A DNA stretch of 34,224 nucleotides from a virus. Its lineage: Duplodnaviria > Caudoviricetes. Shown here piece after piece: positions 1 to 8,948 of this stretch (position 1 is its first letter; every line of letters begins with the position of its first letter). Location of the stretch: the IMG/VR virus record IMGVR_UViG_3300017914_002384, positions 1 through 34,224 of that record, one strand, 5' to 3'. Made by a program: the position numbers and the translations under genes. Below the pieces are notes generated by a model. That model was not told the DNA's origin. It worked only from the letters and a program-made list of their open reading frames with translations, and did no database searches.

Positions 1-141
1 GATTGATCGGGCCCTCGCAGCTCTGGCACCCGAGGCGGTCGCCGTGGTGGAGCGGGCGCTCCGGGCGAAGGGCCGAACGGACCGGACGCAGATTGATACC
101 GCGTGGAAGGTCCTCACCATCGCCGGGCGCGTCGGCGGGGC
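1..141. repeat. Terminal direct repeat (copy 1), identical to 34084-34224; indicates a circular contig
   Basis: gattgatcgggccctcgcag...cgcgtcggcggggc occurs at both ends. A 141-nt overlap equals a commonly used maximum assembler k-mer. Confidence 0.95.
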
Positions 142-199
142 GGTCGAGGAGGAGGAGGTCGCCGAGCTGGCGAACGTGCTGCGGGTCGTCGGCCCGTGA
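2..199 (+). CDS. 3' part of a 70-aa ORF spanning the contig junction (starts at 34070); putative terminase small subunit
   Basis: Joined translation is MTQEEIDRALAALAPEAVAVVERALRAKGRTDRTQIDTAWKVLTIAGRVGGAVEEEEVAELANVLRVVGP, with TGA at 197-199. It is small, helical-looking and lies directly upstream of TerL. Function is inferred from position only. Confidence 0.6.
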   Translation: MDRALAALAPEAVAVVERALRAKGRTDRTQIDTAWKVLTIAGRVGGAVEEEEVAELANVLRVVGP

Positions 200-222
200 T
201 CGGGCGCGGGCGGAAAATCGCG

Positions 223-430
223 CCTCGCTCGCTTCGCTCGCTCGGGGCCTGGGACTCCTGGGCGCTTCCCGTTTCGTTGAAGCACCTTGTACGCTCGCTC
301 CGCTCGCTAATGCCATGTCCCCTGTGGCGCTTCCCTGTCGTTGAAGCACCTCTGTACGCTCGCTCCGCTCGCTAAGGGGAAGCACATGGTTCGCTCGCTC
401 CGCTCGCTCTACCTCGCTTCGCTCGGGGCC
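223..430. repeat. Intergenic repeat cluster: two ~50-bp direct repeats plus multiple CGCTCGCT(C/T)CGCTCG units
   Basis: ggcgcttccc-n-tcgttgaagcacct-(c)tgtacgctcgctccgctcgctaa at 261-310 and 326-375. Partial third copy at 379-408. ctcgcttcgctcg...gggcc at about 228-249 and 413-430. Confidence 0.9.
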
Positions 431-494
431 ACGGTGTCGGCCACCCCCCGGAGGCACCCCCCGCCATGTATACCTCCCCTTGCCCCCCAAATAG

Positions 495-2051
495 ATGCCA
501 CCGTCTGACCCAGGCCCCTTCGTCCCCGCCACAGTGCCGGCCCACCTTCGCCAGAAGACGGCGGAGCTCATCGAGGACCGCGAAGCCTTCGTCCGCATGC
601 TGCGCATCAAGCACAAGCAGCTCGGCAAGTACGTGTCGTTCGTCCCGAACCCGGCCCAGCTGCGGCTGTGGGAGCTCATGGACAAGAGCAACCGGGTGAT
701 CGTCATCAAGGCGCGGCAGGTCGGCATCAGCACGGCGGTGCGGGCGTGGCAGTTCCACCGGGCGTACAAGTCGCCCGACCCACAGACCTTCGCGGTGCTC
801 AGCTTCCACGACCGGTCTGCCCGCAACCTGCGCCGCATGGACCGCCGGTGGTTGAAGGAGCTGCCCAAGGTGCTGCACCGGGAGCTCGAAGTGGACTCCT
901 CGGAGGACACGGTCTTCGCCGACACCCACGCAGGGTTCAGCAGCTTCACCACCGGAGGCCGCGGGGGCACGCGGTCGTTCGAGTTCTCGGGCGGCCACCT
1001 TACAGAATTTGCATTTTACGTCGATGCGGACGAGACGCTGGCGCAGTCGGACTCGACGGTGGGCGAGGGGCCGCTGGTGGTGGAGAGCACGGTCAACGTG
1101 CCGGGCGATGCGTTCCACCGGCTGGTGGAGGGGGCACCGGACAACGGGTGGTCGCTGTTCACGTACTGGTGGTGGCAGCATGAGCCCTACCGGGACGAGT
1201 ACCTGCCGGACGGGTGGGAGCGGACGGAGGAGGAGGAGGAGCTGGCGGAGCGGTACGGGCTCGATGACCACCAGCTGTCCTGGCGCCGCCGGAAGGTCGC
1301 GACCCTCGGCACGCACAAGTTCAAGCGCGAGTACCCGGGCTGCCTTGACGATGCGTTCCTCGCCCGGGAGTCGGTGTACTTCTCGCCGGCGGACCTCGAC
1401 CAAATCTCGACGGTGTGGTTCGACACCCCGGAGCGCGAGTTCGAGGAGCCGCTGGACGGGGAGCGGTACGTCATGGGCGTCGATACGTCGGCGGGCGTCG
1501 GCAAGGACTACAGCGCGGTGTGCGTTGTCTGCCTGTCCACGATGCAGCCGGTGTACATCGAGCGGTCGAACCGCAGGCCGCCACACGAGTGGGCAGCCAG
1601 GACGGCGACGATCGCCCAGCGGTACAACGACGCGCTCATCCTGTGCGAGGCCAACAACCACGGCCACGTCGTGCTGCGCGAGTACGACCGGCTCGGCTAC
1701 AGGAACCTGTGGCTGAACCCGAAGGGCAAGCCCTGGTACACGACGGTCAAGAGCAAGCTCGAAGCCTTCGAGTGCCTGCGGGAGCACATTCAGGAGGGGC
1801 TGCTGTTCCAGCTCGACCAGAGCACGCTGCACGAGCTCCGCGGCCTCGAAGTGCGGAAGGTCACACCCGAGGCGCCGCCGGGGCTGAATGACGACCTTGC
1901 CATGTCACTCGCGCTCGCGTATCGTTGCGTGCGGAGCGCACCCCTCTCGCATCGGCGCGAGGGGCAGCAGAACAGGGTAGACGCCATCATCGCGCGGCGG
2001 CGTGCTGCGCGCATCCGGTCGCAGGCGCTGCCGTGGAGGACCAACACATGA
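495..2051 (+). CDS. terL: Terminase large subunit
   Basis: Walker A-like VIVIKARQVGIST and Walker B-like HLTE. RNase H-like nuclease motifs YVMGVDTSAGVGKDYSA, CEANNHG and NDDLAMSLALA. Confidence 0.95.
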   Translation: MPPSDPGPFVPATVPAHLRQKTAELIEDREAFVRMLRIKHKQLGKYVSFVPNPAQLRLWELMDKSNRVIVIKARQVGISTAVRAWQFHRAYKSPDPQTFAVLSFHDRSARNLRRMDRRWLKELPKVLHRELEVDSSEDTVFADTHAGFSSFTTGGRGGTRSFEFSGGHLTEFAFYVDADETLAQSDSTVGEGPLVVESTVNVPGDAFHRLVEGAPDNGWSLFTYWWWQHEPYRDEYLPDGWERTEEEEELAERYGLDDHQLSWRRRKVATLGTHKFKREYPGCLDDAFLARESVYFSPADLDQISTVWFDTPEREFEEPLDGERYVMGVDTSAGVGKDYSAVCVVCLSTMQPVYIERSNRRPPHEWAARTATIAQRYNDALILCEANNHGHVVLREYDRLGYRNLWLNPKGKPWYTTVKSKLEAFECLREHIQEGLLFQLDQSTLHELRGLEVRKVTPEAPPGLNDDLAMSLALAYRCVRSAPLSHRREGQQNRVDAIIARRRAARIRSQALPWRTNT

Positions 2052-2503
2052 CGCTGCAGCTCGTCCCCATCACGCAGCGCGAGGCGTTCGCCTATGTGGA
2101 GCGACACCACCGGCATCACCGTCCTCCGCGGGGGTCGATCCTGCAGCTCGCGGTCGCGAAGGACGAGAACATCGTCGGCGTCGCCATTGTCGGGCGCCCG
2201 GTGTCAAGGATGCTGCAGGACGGGTGGACAGCCGAGGTCATCCGCGTCGCGACCGACGGCAGCCGCAACGCCTGCAGCAAGCTGTACGGAGCTGCGTGGC
2301 GGGCGGTGCGCGCCCTCGGCTACAAGCGGCTCATCACGTACACGCTCCCCGAAGAGGGCGGCGCCAGCCTGCGCGGAGCCGGGTTCCACCTCGTCGGTCA
2401 GGCCGGCGGCGGGTCATGGTCCCGCACCGACCGCCCGCGCGTAGACCTGCACCCGCTGCAAATTAAGCTGCGCTGGGAGCGGACAGCTCAGGAGGTTGCA
2501 TGA
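2048..2503 (+). CDS. XF1762-family / Mom-like GNAT-fold protein (151 aa)
   Basis: ATGA overlap with the terL stop. Motifs AFAYVERHHRHH, VGVAIVGRPVSR, EVIRVATDGSRNACSKLYGAAWRA, GYKRLITYTLPEEGGASLRGAGF and KLRWE match my recollection of the XF1762 family. Confidence 0.8.
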   Translation: MTLQLVPITQREAFAYVERHHRHHRPPRGSILQLAVAKDENIVGVAIVGRPVSRMLQDGWTAEVIRVATDGSRNACSKLYGAAWRAVRALGYKRLITYTLPEEGGASLRGAGFHLVGQAGGGSWSRTDRPRVDLHPLQIKLRWERTAQEVA

Positions 2504-4224
2504 TTACGCCGAAGATCGCGGAGTCCATCTACCGGGACCACGAACACTACTGGAACCGGCGCCGGCCCGAGATGCGGCGGCTGCGCAACGTGTACCTCAT
2601 GCGGTATTGGGAGCGGCCCGACAACTACATGGAGCAGCTGCTCATCGAGACGAGCCGCGGCTACGAGCTCATCGAGAGCTACATCGCCAGCCTGTTCGTC
2701 CGCGACCCGTCGGTCATCGTCAAGCCCGACCTCCGCGGTCGGGGCGACCCCAACATCACCGAGGGCACGGTCAACGACTGGCTGCTGACGACGCGGCGGG
2801 AGATCGAGGACGGGATGCGCCTCGCGCTCATCTACCCGTTCGCGGCGTTCAAGCTCGTCCCATGCGAGGTCAAGGACCCGCTGCAGCGGGTGCAGGTCGC
2901 CTGCGTTGCCCCGTGGGACACCATCGTAGATGCGTCGTCTACGACCTGGAACAAGCAGCGGTACGTCGGCCACCGCTACTTCCTGCCGCTGTCCGAGGCG
3001 AAGGAGCGGTACGGCAAGCGGAAGTGGGCCAAGCGCAGCTTCCGTCGGTACCTCGACCGCGAGGACCCGGAGCAGGAGAACGTGCCGGCCCGCGAGCGCC
3101 AGGGCGACGAGGACCGCGTCGAGGGCGACTTCGTCATGATCGTAGAGCTCTACGACATGGTCAAGGAGCGCATGCTGGTGTGGTCGCCGGACTACGCCAA
3201 CGGCGAGCGGTTCGTCTACGACGGCATCGAGCTGGAGGTCGGCGGCGCCGAGGACAGCGAGTCCGAGAAGTTCGACGGCATCCCGTACCGCACGGCGTCG
3301 GACCGGCCTGTCGTGCCCATCATCCCGGTCTACATGTCGCGGGAGCCCGACGACCCCCTCCGCGGATTCTCGGCGTTGCGCCGGGTCTACGACCAGATTG
3401 TAGAGATCAACACCATCCGCACCTTCCAGGCCCAGGGCGTCCGCCGGGCGGCCCGGCAGTGGCTGGTGGTGAAGGGCACGATGGACGAGGAGGCGCAGTC
3501 GAAGATCTGCCAGGGCCAGGACGGCGAGTTCATCGAGGTCGAGATTACGCAGGGGCAGACCCTGTCGGGGTCGGTGATGCCGGTGCCGCACAGCCCGGTG
3601 CCGCATGAGCTGCAGCTGTACGAGAACCAAGTCGAGGACGACTTCGGGCGCGGCAGCATCATGGCGCCGTTCACGCGGGGCGAGGCGACGAAGGCCACCG
3701 CGACGGAGATTACCGCCCTGGCGGCATACTCCGCGTCGGAGATCGGTCGCATGGCCCGGGAGCGGGACGCCGCCATCGCGCAGCTTGCCAGCACCTACTG
3801 CGTCATGCTCGCTACGCTGCTCGGCGACGACAGCGAGGTCATCCGCCTCGGCAACGAGGTCCAGGTGCTCACCGCCGACGACCTGACGGGCGAGTTCCGG
3901 TTCTACGCGCAGGACAGCGGCTCGACGCCCATGTCCGAGGCGGTCCGCAAGCAGGAGCTGCTGAACCTCGTCGGTGTGCTCACGGAGCTCGGCGCCAACC
4001 CGCAGGCGCTGCTGCGGGACATTGTGCGAACCTACGACCTGTCCGAGGACTTCCTGCCCGACCAGCAGCCGGACCCCAACGCCGCCGGCGCCCCGTCTCC
4101 TCCTGCAGCCACCCCGGGCGTCGCACCGCCGACCGCCGGTCTGCCGGGCATGGGCCTCGCGCCAGGACAGCTGCCCAGCCCTGAGCAGGTCGGTCAGGTG
4201 CTGCCGCCGGGCGGGGTTGTCTGA
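2500..4224 (+). CDS. Portal protein (podovirus-type)
   Basis: 574 aa, located after terL. Contains TKATATEI (TATE motif typical of T7/P22-like portals) and a Pro/Gln-rich C-terminal tail. Confidence 0.85.
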   Translation: MITPKIAESIYRDHEHYWNRRRPEMRRLRNVYLMRYWERPDNYMEQLLIETSRGYELIESYIASLFVRDPSVIVKPDLRGRGDPNITEGTVNDWLLTTRREIEDGMRLALIYPFAAFKLVPCEVKDPLQRVQVACVAPWDTIVDASSTTWNKQRYVGHRYFLPLSEAKERYGKRKWAKRSFRRYLDREDPEQENVPARERQGDEDRVEGDFVMIVELYDMVKERMLVWSPDYANGERFVYDGIELEVGGAEDSESEKFDGIPYRTASDRPVVPIIPVYMSREPDDPLRGFSALRRVYDQIVEINTIRTFQAQGVRRAARQWLVVKGTMDEEAQSKICQGQDGEFIEVEITQGQTLSGSVMPVPHSPVPHELQLYENQVEDDFGRGSIMAPFTRGEATKATATEITALAAYSASEIGRMARERDAAIAQLASTYCVMLATLLGDDSEVIRLGNEVQVLTADDLTGEFRFYAQDSGSTPMSEAVRKQELLNLVGVLTELGANPQALLRDIVRTYDLSEDFLPDQQPDPNAAGAPSPPAATPGVAPPTAGLPGMGLAPGQLPSPEQVGQVLPPGGVV

Positions 4225-4631
4225 TGCCGCTGTACGAATACCGTTGCCACAATGGGCACAGCCACACCATTCTCCGCAAGTACGTGCAGCGGGACGAGTC
4301 GTTCATCTGCTCCTGCGGAGACTCGGTCAAGCGGGTGCCCTCGGCGCCGGCGCGCACCAAGTTCCGGTGGGGTGACACGGAGTGGGACGGTCGCCGGGAC
4401 CGCGGCCTCGGCGTCACGCTGCGGGACGAGAACCACCGCAAGCAGCTCATGAAGCAGCGCGGGCTGCGAGAGCTCGGCGAGGGCGAGGTCGAGGCAGAGG
4501 TCAGCCGCGTCACGTCCGAGCACCAGCAGCACGAACGCGACATGCAGACCTTCGACCGCGTGCTCAACGAAACCGGGAGCGCCGCGACCGCGATGGCGCA
4601 GACGTTCCCCGACCCTCCCACCACGGACTGA
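4224..4631 (+). CDS. FmdB-like zinc-ribbon protein
   Basis: N-terminus MPLYEYRCHNGH...FICSCG...KRVPSAP. TGATG coupling to portal. Confidence 0.75.
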   Translation: MPLYEYRCHNGHSHTILRKYVQRDESFICSCGDSVKRVPSAPARTKFRWGDTEWDGRRDRGLGVTLRDENHRKQLMKQRGLRELGEGEVEAEVSRVTSEHQQHERDMQTFDRVLNETGSAATAMAQTFPDPPTTD

Positions 4632-4634
4632 CCC

Positions 4635-5126
4635 ATGGCTATCGACCCCGAACAGGCGCTCGCACAGGGCGCCGCTGCAGCAGGCAACGAGCTGCAGTCC
4701 GAAGCGGACGCGCTGCTGCCCGTCGTCAACGGCATGTTCACCGAGACGAGCATCAACGCGCTCATCGACGCCGTCAACCAAGCCCTGGAGGCCACGGGCT
4801 TCGAGGGCGAGCTCCCCGAGCACGAGGGCAACGCGACGCAAATCCCCGTCGAGGTCATGCGCGCCATCGCCATGCTCAACGACGCCGCTATGGAGCTGGG
4901 CCTGGGCGACCTCGGCATCGAGGTCATCGAGGACGACACCGACCTCGCCATGCTCGCCAGCTCGATCGTGCAGCTGTCGCAGGACCAGGAGTTCATCGCG
5001 GCGATGACCGAGCCCGCCATGGACCCCATGGCCGAGCCCATGTCCGCGGCACCGATGACCGCACCCACCGGCATGCCCGCAGGGGGCATGCCCGACGAAG
5101 AAGCCCTCATGATGGAGCGTATGTAA
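4635..5126 (+). CDS. Acidic hypothetical protein of the head module
   Basis: 163 aa, codon usage like neighbouring genes, tightly packed between them, Met/Pro-rich C-terminus. Confidence 0.75.
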   Translation: MAIDPEQALAQGAAAAGNELQSEADALLPVVNGMFTETSINALIDAVNQALEATGFEGELPEHEGNATQIPVEVMRAIAMLNDAAMELGLGDLGIEVIEDDTDLAMLASSIVQLSQDQEFIAAMTEPAMDPMAEPMSAAPMTAPTGMPAGGMPDEEALMMERM

Positions 5127-5995
5127 TGAGCACCCCGGAGCAAGCACCCACCGAAGCGGTGGACACGGCTTCCCCCGAAACCCCCGACCCCGTCGAAGCA
5201 GCCACCCCCGAAGATGCGGGACGGCGCGGCGCCGAGCAGGACAAGTACCGGCAGGAGGTGTCCAACCTCCTCGACGCCTACGAGCAGCGGACCGCCGAGC
5301 AGGCGCGGGCAGCTCGGCAGGCGAAGGAGGCAGCCAAGCCCGTCGAGGAGCCCCAGGGGCTGCTGGAGGGGGAGAGCTGGGACAGCATCTACGCCAACCA
5401 GCCCGAGGACGTGCAGCGCGCCATGGCGTCGCTGCGGGCCAGCTTTACGCGCAAGACGCAGGAGCTCGCCAACGAGCGCCGGCTGTTGAAGGCGCAGAAC
5501 GAGGCGTTCCGCAACAGCGGCATCATCGATGACCTGCAGAAGGCGGTCGCCAACGCGCCCGAGGAGTTCGACCCGTTCAACCCGGAGCACGTGCAGGCCG
5601 CCATCGATGCCCGCGTCGCGCTGCGGTTGAAGGAGGTGCTCGACCCCCTGCAGAAGAGCCACCAGCAGCACGAGGCGCAGGCCCGCTACGAGACGTTCAA
5701 GGAGCAGCACCCCGACCTCGTCAACAACGACACCATCAAGCAGGGCGTGTACAAGGCACTGCAGTCCGACCCGAACCTCAAACTGCAGGACGCCTACTGG
5801 CGGGTCAAGGGGCAGATGCTCGCCGAGAAGGAGCGGCAGGAGTCCGAGCGCCGCACCGTCCGCCGTCGAGCTGCCCAGCGCGCCGCCAAGCTGACGGGCG
5901 AGGGCCGGCGCCCCGGGGTCGAGGTCGTGGATGACGACCTGCGCGGCAAGGATGCGTGGACCATCTATCAAGCCTTGAAATCGCGTCAGCCATGA
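5126..5995 (+). CDS. Capsid scaffolding protein (289 aa)
   Basis: TAATG overlap start. Acidic N-terminus, coiled-coil character and SFTRKTQELA (cf. the DYTRKTQELA motif of phage scaffolds). Immediately upstream of the major capsid gene. Confidence 0.8.
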   Translation: MSTPEQAPTEAVDTASPETPDPVEAATPEDAGRRGAEQDKYRQEVSNLLDAYEQRTAEQARAARQAKEAAKPVEEPQGLLEGESWDSIYANQPEDVQRAMASLRASFTRKTQELANERRLLKAQNEAFRNSGIIDDLQKAVANAPEEFDPFNPEHVQAAIDARVALRLKEVLDPLQKSHQQHEAQARYETFKEQHPDLVNNDTIKQGVYKALQSDPNLKLQDAYWRVKGQMLAEKERQESERRTVRRRAAQRAAKLTGEGRRPGVEVVDDDLRGKDAWTIYQALKSRQP

Positions 5996-6003
5996 GGTAG
6001 GGT
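5975..6003 (+). promoter_or_regulatory. Sigma70-like promoter for the capsid operon
   Basis: TTGAAA (5975-5980), 17-nt spacer, TAGGGT (5998-6003). A near-identical arrangement occurs at 16154-16182. Confidence 0.6.
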
Positions 6004-6104
6004 GTCCACGACGAGTAGACCCCGCCAGGGATACGCTGCTCGTCGGCATCCGGTAGCGGACACGCCGAGCAGTTCTACAACCAACAAGACTCCTCGGAGA
6101 GACG

Positions 6105-7121
6105 ATGGCTCCGGTCACCAGCGGTGTGCAGAACGACGTTCTCGCCACCACCCTGCGCATCTTGCGCGACAAGTTCGTGGACAACACGTTCCGCGTCATT
6201 CCCCTGTTCGCTGCGGCGGACGCCCTCGGCAACGTGCAGGAGGTCGATGGCGGTTCGTACATCGACAGCCCGGTCATCCTGACCGACCACAGCACGATCA
6301 CCCAGCACTCCAACGGGTACGAGGCGATCAACTACGCCGTCAAGGACCCGTTCCGCACGGCGACCTACAGCTGGTGCGACGCCACCGCGCCGGTGGTGCT
6401 GACCCGCAAGGAGAAGCTGTCCAACAAGGGTGAGCGGGCTCAGGTCCGCATCATCGAAGGTCGCATGAAGCAGACCATGGGCATGTACAAGCGGGAGATC
6501 ACCAAGCAGATCATCGCTGGTAGCAGCGCCATCCTGTCGGACCTGCAGTCGCTCAACGGCATCGACGCCGCCACCGGCTGGTTCGAGGAGGGTGCCTTCG
6601 GCACCCAGGGCAACATCGTCGGCGGCATCAACAAGGGCGACTTCACGACCTCCTGGCAGAACCAAGTTCAGGACGGCAGCTTCTCCGGCAACGGCTTGGC
6701 GAAGATGCAGCAGCTGCTCATCGACTGCCAGCAGTTCGCTCCCGAGGGCGACGTGGATCTGATCCTCGCCAGCCCCATCAGCTACGGCCTGTACAAGGAC
6801 CAGCTGCAGCAGCTGGAGCGGTACGTGTCTGCCTCCGAGCAGCGCGACATGGCGGGCCGCCTCGCCCTCGCGTTCAACGGCGCGCAGATGTACATCGAGC
6901 CGAACCTGGGCTTCACCGGCTCCGGCGGCACGCAGATGAGCATGTACTTCCTCAACAGCTCGCTGTTCGACATCTACTTCGATCGGGACGCAAAGTTCGA
7001 GGTCGAGCCCATGGAGAAGCTGCCCGGCTTCGCCGCCTTCGGCTCCGACATCGCGCTGCGCATGCAGGTCTGCACGCAGAACCTGTCCGGTCACGGCATC
7101 CTCGTCAACGCGGAGTCCTGA
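6105..7121 (+). CDS. Major capsid protein
   Basis: 338 aa after the scaffold gene, with GGAG RBS and strongly biased codons. Pattern LATTL...VDN.F..IPL...DGG..I..PV and C-terminal MYFLNS...GIL resemble HK97-fold capsids. Confidence 0.85.
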   Translation: MAPVTSGVQNDVLATTLRILRDKFVDNTFRVIPLFAAADALGNVQEVDGGSYIDSPVILTDHSTITQHSNGYEAINYAVKDPFRTATYSWCDATAPVVLTRKEKLSNKGERAQVRIIEGRMKQTMGMYKREITKQIIAGSSAILSDLQSLNGIDAATGWFEEGAFGTQGNIVGGINKGDFTTSWQNQVQDGSFSGNGLAKMQQLLIDCQQFAPEGDVDLILASPISYGLYKDQLQQLERYVSASEQRDMAGRLALAFNGAQMYIEPNLGFTGSGGTQMSMYFLNSSLFDIYFDRDAKFEVEPMEKLPGFAAFGSDIALRMQVCTQNLSGHGILVNAES

Positions 7122-7122
7122 C

Positions 7123-7584
7123 ATGGCAACCAGCACCCTCCTCCAGTGCCTCAACGAGGGCTCCGAGTTCGGCGTCGAGGCTTCCAACCGGTCCCGGTTC
7201 GAGACGTTCATCGCCAGCGAGACTGTCGCTGCCGAGGACACCGTCTCGCTCGACCTGTCCAAGACCGACGTGGGCGACAAGGCCATCTTCATCAAGAAGG
7301 CCGGCACCGGCGACACCGCCACCATGGTGCCCGTGGGCGTCGTGGTCCGGTCCGCGGAGTCTGACGGCTCCCTCGGCGCCGGGTCGCGCGTGCTCGTCTG
7401 CACCCGCGGGCTGGTGGACGCCAAGGTCACCGGCACGGTTGCCCAGGGCGATACCCTGGCGATGACGGCTACCGACGGCCAGCTCGACAACGCCGTCGCC
7501 GCGACCGACAAGGTCGTTGCGATTGCTGCTGCTGCTCGCACCGGCGCCGGCACCGTCAAGGTGTACGTCTGCAACCTGCTCTGA
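7123..7584 (+). CDS. Capsid decoration/cement protein (DUF2190-like)
   Basis: 153 aa, Ala/Gly/Val/Thr-rich, with VGVVV...VCTRGLV.AKVTG.VAQGD.L pattern. Directly after the major capsid gene. Confidence 0.65.
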   Translation: MATSTLLQCLNEGSEFGVEASNRSRFETFIASETVAAEDTVSLDLSKTDVGDKAIFIKKAGTGDTATMVPVGVVVRSAESDGSLGAGSRVLVCTRGLVDAKVTGTVAQGDTLAMTATDGQLDNAVAATDKVVAIAAAARTGAGTVKVYVCNLL

Positions 7585-7600
7585 TCGAGCACCTTCCACG

Positions 7601-7635
7601 CACCCCGCTTCGGCCCCGCCGGGGCGGGGTGTTGT
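7601..7635 (+). terminator. GC-rich hairpin after the capsid genes; likely (leaky) terminator
   Basis: caccccgcttcggc-ccc-gccggggcggggtg forms a 14-bp stem with two G-U pairs on the + strand. The following U-tract is weak (ttgt). Confidence 0.55.
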
Positions 7636-7649
7636 CGTAGGGGAGTCCC

Positions 7650-8948
7650 ATGCCGAGAACCGACCTCAAAGGGCTGCGCGAGTTCGTCGCCAACGTCCTC
7701 GACTACGACCCCAATAACGACACCTACCGTCGTCAGATCGACCGGCTGCTCAACGAGCACGACCGGCAAATCTGCACGGCGAAGCCGTACACGTTCATCA
7801 ACAAGGTGTCCGACGTCCTCGCCTACAAGGACGTCGCCGCCAGCTCCCTGAGCATCACCCAGGGCGACAAGCAGCTGGACAGCGGGACCAGCCTCTTCGA
7901 GGAGTGGATGGTCAACCAGGAAGTCGTCATCAACGGCTACACCTACGTCATCGCCATCGTTGACAGCGCCACCCGCGTCTACCTGCAGACCGAGTTTGCG
8001 CAGGCCACCGTCGCTGGTGTCGAGGGCACCATCATCAACCGCTACCTCGACATGCCCGCCGACTGCACCAGCGTGTCGTCTATCGCGCGCCGGTCCGGCA
8101 ACGCATCCGAGGACCCGGGCATGCTGCCCCCGCTCACCCGCTTCGAGGACGAGTGGGAGAACCTGCCCATGGACGAGACGGGGCTGCCCACCGTCTACAT
8201 TCCCTACGACGCAGCCTACATCGCGGGGCCGCGCAAGGCGTTCAGCCTCACCACCGCGGCGACCTCCGGCGCAGGCACGCGGACCATCGAGATTGCAGCG
8301 ACGTTCATCCGCGGAGGCCGCGAGAGCACGCACGGCGAGATCGAGAAGATCACGCTCACCGACACGCAGAACCTTGTGCTGTCGCCGTTCACCAACCCGT
8401 TGGAGACGGGGCTGCGCAAGCGGTACTACTTCCGCTGCCCCGAGCTGGGCTACCAGGAGTTCCGGCTCCTCGATGACCCCGCCAACCCCGGCGAGGTCAT
8501 GGACCTTGCGCCCAACGACTCCGCAAGCCGCACGTTCACGACGCTGACCCAGGGCAACCTGGAGACTGCGGAGGCGTTCTACCGGCAGGAGCGCATGCAG
8601 GGCGCGGAGGGGTTCATCCAGCGCGTGCGCCTCTACCCCCGGCAGGGCAGCGACTACACGTTTACGGTGCGCTACCTGCAGAACCACCGGCCCATGGTGG
8701 AGGACGGGGACGCCTCGTCCATCCCGCCTGAGCTGCGTATGGTCGTCGCCTACAGCGCGCTCGCCGATATCTTCATGAAGCACGACAACCCCGTGCAGTC
8801 CGAGCTCTACGCCCGTCGGGCCGAAGGCATGCTGCTGCAGATGGACCGTCGCTACCTGACGCAGAAGTCGGCCCGCATTGTGAAGGGCGGCTGGATGGAC
8901 GGCACCCGAGGGCGCGTCGTGCGTCGAGCGACCCTGGTGCATTCATGA
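7650..8948 (+). CDS. Head-tail adaptor / tail tubular protein A-like
   Basis: 432 aa. N-terminal helices (LREFV...IDRLLNE) and C-terminal IPPELRMVVAYSALA resemble adaptor proteins. Lies between capsid and nozzle genes. Confidence 0.6.
   Translation: MPRTDLKGLREFVANVLDYDPNNDTYRRQIDRLLNEHDRQICTAKPYTFINKVSDVLAYKDVAASSLSITQGDKQLDSGTSLFEEWMVNQEVVINGYTYVIAIVDSATRVYLQTEFAQATVAGVEGTIINRYLDMPADCTSVSSIARRSGNASEDPGMLPPLTRFEDEWENLPMDETGLPTVYIPYDAAYIAGPRKAFSLTTAATSGAGTRTIEIAATFIRGGRESTHGEIEKITLTDTQNLVLSPFTNPLETGLRKRYYFRCPELGYQEFRLLDDPANPGEVMDLAPNDSASRTFTTLTQGNLETAEAFYRQERMQGAEGFIQRVRLYPRQGSDYTFTVRYLQNHRPMVEDGDASSIPPELRMVVAYSALADIFMKHDNPVQSELYARRAEGMLLQMDRRYLTQKSARIVKGGWMDGTRGRVVRRATLVHS

Noticed and set aside
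1-141. 141-bp terminal repeat as a biological direct terminal repeat
   Set aside because: The length matches a common assembler k-mer and it cuts through a coding sequence. More likely a circularisation overlap than real virion ends.
261-408. Repeats as a mini-CRISPR array
   Set aside because: Only two full ~50-bp copies with a 15-nt gap, internally repetitive, without regular unique spacers and with no cas genes.
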